Below are positions 61,411-64,000 of a stretch of 64,000 bases of DNA, piece by piece (within the stretch, counting starts at the first letter, position 1; the number at the start of each line of letters is the position of its first letter). The notes beneath the pieces were generated by a model that was not told the origin of the DNA, did no database searches, and was given only the letters and a program-made list of their open reading frames with translations. This stretch comes from Methanothermococcus sp. Ax23 (GTDB lineage Archaea > AGJL01 > Methanococci > Methanococcales > Methanococcaceae): positions 480,001 to 544,000 of the forward strand of contig NZ_CP157522.1 of the NCBI RefSeq assembly GCF_049075655.1, read 5' to 3'. The position numbers were made by a program, and so were the translations under genes.

Positions 61411-62556
61411 TCACCCTGCCTTTACAATATAGGCATTGCTACTTTTTAATGAAATGATTTCCGGTACTGAATCTGATGGAATGGATAATATTAACAGATA
61501 TTGGACACTACCATCAAATATCTGCGTATCTGATTGTATTTTATTTAGTTTTTCCCCATATCTACCAAATTTTTCATTAATTTTGTTATAATCGAGTTTA
61601 TCAGCAGCAGTTGCATACAATACTCCTGGAAGATTGTTCAGAGAGTAAGATACTGATGAAGAACTTGAAGCTGATGTAGAATCTCCATTATCATTTAAAT
61701 TACTTGAAACGTCCTTTGTTTCTGAATAAGATATATCTTTAAGTATAACATATGAAGAATTAACAATTCCTACAATGGGCTCTTTGCTTGCATTGCTTTT
61801 ATCATATATTAGTATTTTATCCCCTTCATAAGGTATCTTACCACATTGCATTGCAGATACCACAATTGTAATTTTATTATCGAACGATACCGGGGTTATT
61901 GTAATACCTTTGAGCTCTGCCAAACTTAATCTTTTTACATATTCTGAGAGTTCTTCTTTTGTCATGAGTTTCTTTGTCTTCCCCATTTCAACACTAAAAT
62001 AATCTCCAATGGCCAGTTCATTAATAATTTCATTCAAATAATACTCCTTTGCATTTTCTTCAATATTGCTATTTTTAATAATCTCATCAACTTCATTTCG
62101 TGATTTAGCAGATTCTATCTGATTAACCAGTGATTTCGCATAGAAACTTCTATCGTAATATTTTCCATATGTATTTTTTATTAAATTAATCATCTCTTCC
62201 TTGTAGGATTTAAACGCCATATAATTCTTTGCATTATTCAGTACATTGTTCAATTCCTCATTGGTATTACTGTTTTGAATCTGGGAAATATACACGATTT
62301 TATTTGGGTCATTCGGATATCTGGAAAACATTTGATTTATACTATTTATTGCCATATTTTTGCTATTCTCAAAAGCTTTTGTTTTTTGAATCTGCTCGTT
62401 ATACTTGCTATTATAAACTGTATATAATACAAATGACATGCCTATCGCAATTAAGGCTATCAAAACATATTTCACATATTTAGACCTATCTCCAGATGTT
62501 CTTTTAGTTTTTGATTTCAATTTTTTTAATTTATTGCCAAAATCCTCATTAACCAT
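61411..62556 (-). CDS. DUF515-like membrane-anchored protein
   Basis: KLKKLK.K, single TM, helical repeats, SYSL.NLPG.L.A.AA.KLDY; start at MVNEDF after GGAGAGG. Confidence 0.75.
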   Translation of the reverse strand: MVNEDFGNKLKKLKSKTKRTSGDRSKYVKYVLIALIAIGMSFVLYTVYNSKYNEQIQKTKAFENSKNMAINSINQMFSRYPNDPNKIVYISQIQNSNTNEELNNVLNNAKNYMAFKSYKEEMINLIKNTYGKYYDRSFYAKSLVNQIESAKSRNEVDEIIKNSNIEENAKEYYLNEIINELAIGDYFSVEMGKTKKLMTKEELSEYVKRLSLAELKGITITPVSFDNKITIVVSAMQCGKIPYEGDKILIYDKSNASKEPIVGIVNSSYVILKDISYSETKDVSSNLNDNGDSTSASSSSSVSYSLNNLPGVLYATAADKLDYNKINEKFGRYGEKLNKIQSDTQIFDGSVQYLLILSIPSDSVPEIISLKSSNAYIVKAG

Positions 62557-62737
62557 GTTATCTGCCTCTCCAAAACATTGCATTAAATGGCGTGAAACAA
62601 TACTAAAAACATGTAATAAAAACATATAATAAAAACATGTACTTTTAGAAGTATAATTTATAAATATATTAATTAGCATTTAAATAAATATTTGATTGTT
62701 ATTTAAAATGAATAATTATTGCAGTAATAAATATAAT

Positions 62738-63712
62738 CTAAAACCTTTGGAATTTCAAACTATGGAGGTAATCTGCCAAACTAATTAAATAATCCCTATT
62801 TTTAATACCTTTCACCCATCTTTCTGGCATATTATTAAATCCATAATATGTGCCAGCAATAGCACCATATATACATCCTAAGCTATCTGTATCCCCACCA
62901 GCATTTACTGCTTTAATCATTCCAGTTTTAAAATCATTTGTTAAATAGAATGTTAAAATAGCAGAAGGAACGCATTCAATAGCATCCATCCCAGTTCCAA
63001 ATAATTCATATCCTTCTTCTACTGTTTCCATTTGTTTTATAATTAATATCTTTTCTGCAAATTCTTCTGAAATATCCAATATAAAATCTGCAAGTTCTGA
63101 TATAAAATTTTTAGAGTGATTACATCGAACGATTTTGCAAGATTTAGATAATGGGTTATTTGTATTTAAATTTTTCAAACACCACGAAACCAGAAAACCT
63201 ACTGCCAGAGCTCCGGCTATTGCCTCGTTGTTGTTATGGGTTATTTTAGATGCCTCGATTATGACATTTTTTAATTCATGGGGATTATTATAATAAAAAA
63301 TTCCCAATGGCGATATTCTCATCGCAGCACCACAGGTTTTTGAATCTATGCCATTATAATTCCCATTTATTATATTCTCAATTGCCTTTTTACTTGTTGG
63401 CCCAATTCCAACAGGATTGTTCCTATACCATTTTATGAGCTCCTTTATAAATAAATTTTTATCAAAACCTTCTTTTGTTATTGACTTTATTAAACATATG
63501 GTTTGTTCTGTATCATCGGTATAATCTCCAGCATTTAATACATTTTTAAAATGGTTTTTAGGTGGCAAATAATCATCGATTACTCCATAGTTCGATATTA
63601 TTTCATTTTTTGTTAGCCCCTCAGATGGCATGCCAAGTGCATCACCTATTGCAGTTCCAAATATGCAACCTTGAATTTTATATTTATACTCCACATACTC
63701 ATAATTACCCAT
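62738..63712 (-). CDS. ADP-ribosylglycohydrolase (DraG/ARH family)
   Basis: G.AIGDALG, YTDDTE, GAAMR, TH, GGDTDS. Confidence 0.92.
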   Translation of the reverse strand: MGNYEYVEYKYKIQGCIFGTAIGDALGMPSEGLTKNEIISNYGVIDDYLPPKNHFKNVLNAGDYTDDTEQTICLIKSITKEGFDKNLFIKELIKWYRNNPVGIGPTSKKAIENIINGNYNGIDSKTCGAAMRISPLGIFYYNNPHELKNVIIEASKITHNNNEAIAGALAVGFLVSWCLKNLNTNNPLSKSCKIVRCNHSKNFISELADFILDISEEFAEKILIIKQMETVEEGYELFGTGMDAIECVPSAILTFYLTNDFKTGMIKAVNAGGDTDSLGCIYGAIAGTYYGFNNMPERWVKGIKNRDYLISLADYLHSLKFQRF

Positions 63713-63827
63713 ATAAAAACACCGATATTATGTTAGTTTTATATTATATTAATATATAATTGTAATTCAAAATAATTATTTATTTATCTTATTTTAATTA
63801 ATTTTAATTATTATTATGGGTGATATA

Positions 63828-64000
63828 TTGAGATACTTGGAGCTCTGCGACATTGAATATGCAAAAAGTATAGTTAAAGGAGTTATTGAATCCTATGAAA
63901 ATGAGGAAGTTAATCTATTTAACTCAATAAATAGGATTTTGACAGAGGATATAATTTCCAATGTTGATGTTCCACCATTTGATAGGTCAAAAATGGATGG
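63828..64000 (+). CDS. moeA: Molybdopterin molybdenumtransferase MoeA, 5' part (cut by window edge)
   Basis: TTG start after GGTGAT; RILTEDI...DVPPFDRSKMDG. Confidence 0.88.
   Translation, partial: MRYLELCDIEYAKSIVKGVIESYENEEVNLFNSINRILTEDIISNVDVPPFDRSKMD

Overview
AT-rich chromosomal window from a Methanococcales methanogen, probably Methanothermococcus-like (Hmd/Hcg cluster, ComC, CfbD, methanogenesis markers, Methanococcus-type S-layer, FKBP17). It is mostly housekeeping: top6A, endA, secDF, thermosome, polB, ABCE1, rfcS, purD/purP, argC, hemC, alba, histone, tRNA-Cys, tRNA-iMet and a Thr-Pro-Tyr-Lys-5S-Asp-Lys-5S-Asp operon. The unusual signals are mostly outside the gene calls. (1) The palindrome GAGCTC occurs about 80 times (hand count, roughly 1 per 800 bp) in all three reading frames, resembling cyanobacterial HIP1. 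(2) Two families of gene-less IS200/IS605 derivatives keep both transposon ends plus a TATA-like box and a structured omegaRNA-like segment (4 + 1 copies, one truncated); one copy disrupts a DUF434 gene. (3) Tiny double-hairpin modules occur nested in those IS ends and free-standing, once with a 22-bp flanking duplication. (4) A DDE IS has a 14-16 bp flanking duplication. (5) A C/D box sRNA lies directly behind the RNA ligase gene. (6) Three divergent membrane-protein paralogues sit inside the hmd-hcgA-hcgG cluster. No CRISPR array or provirus was seen. All calls are by eye, with no database searches.
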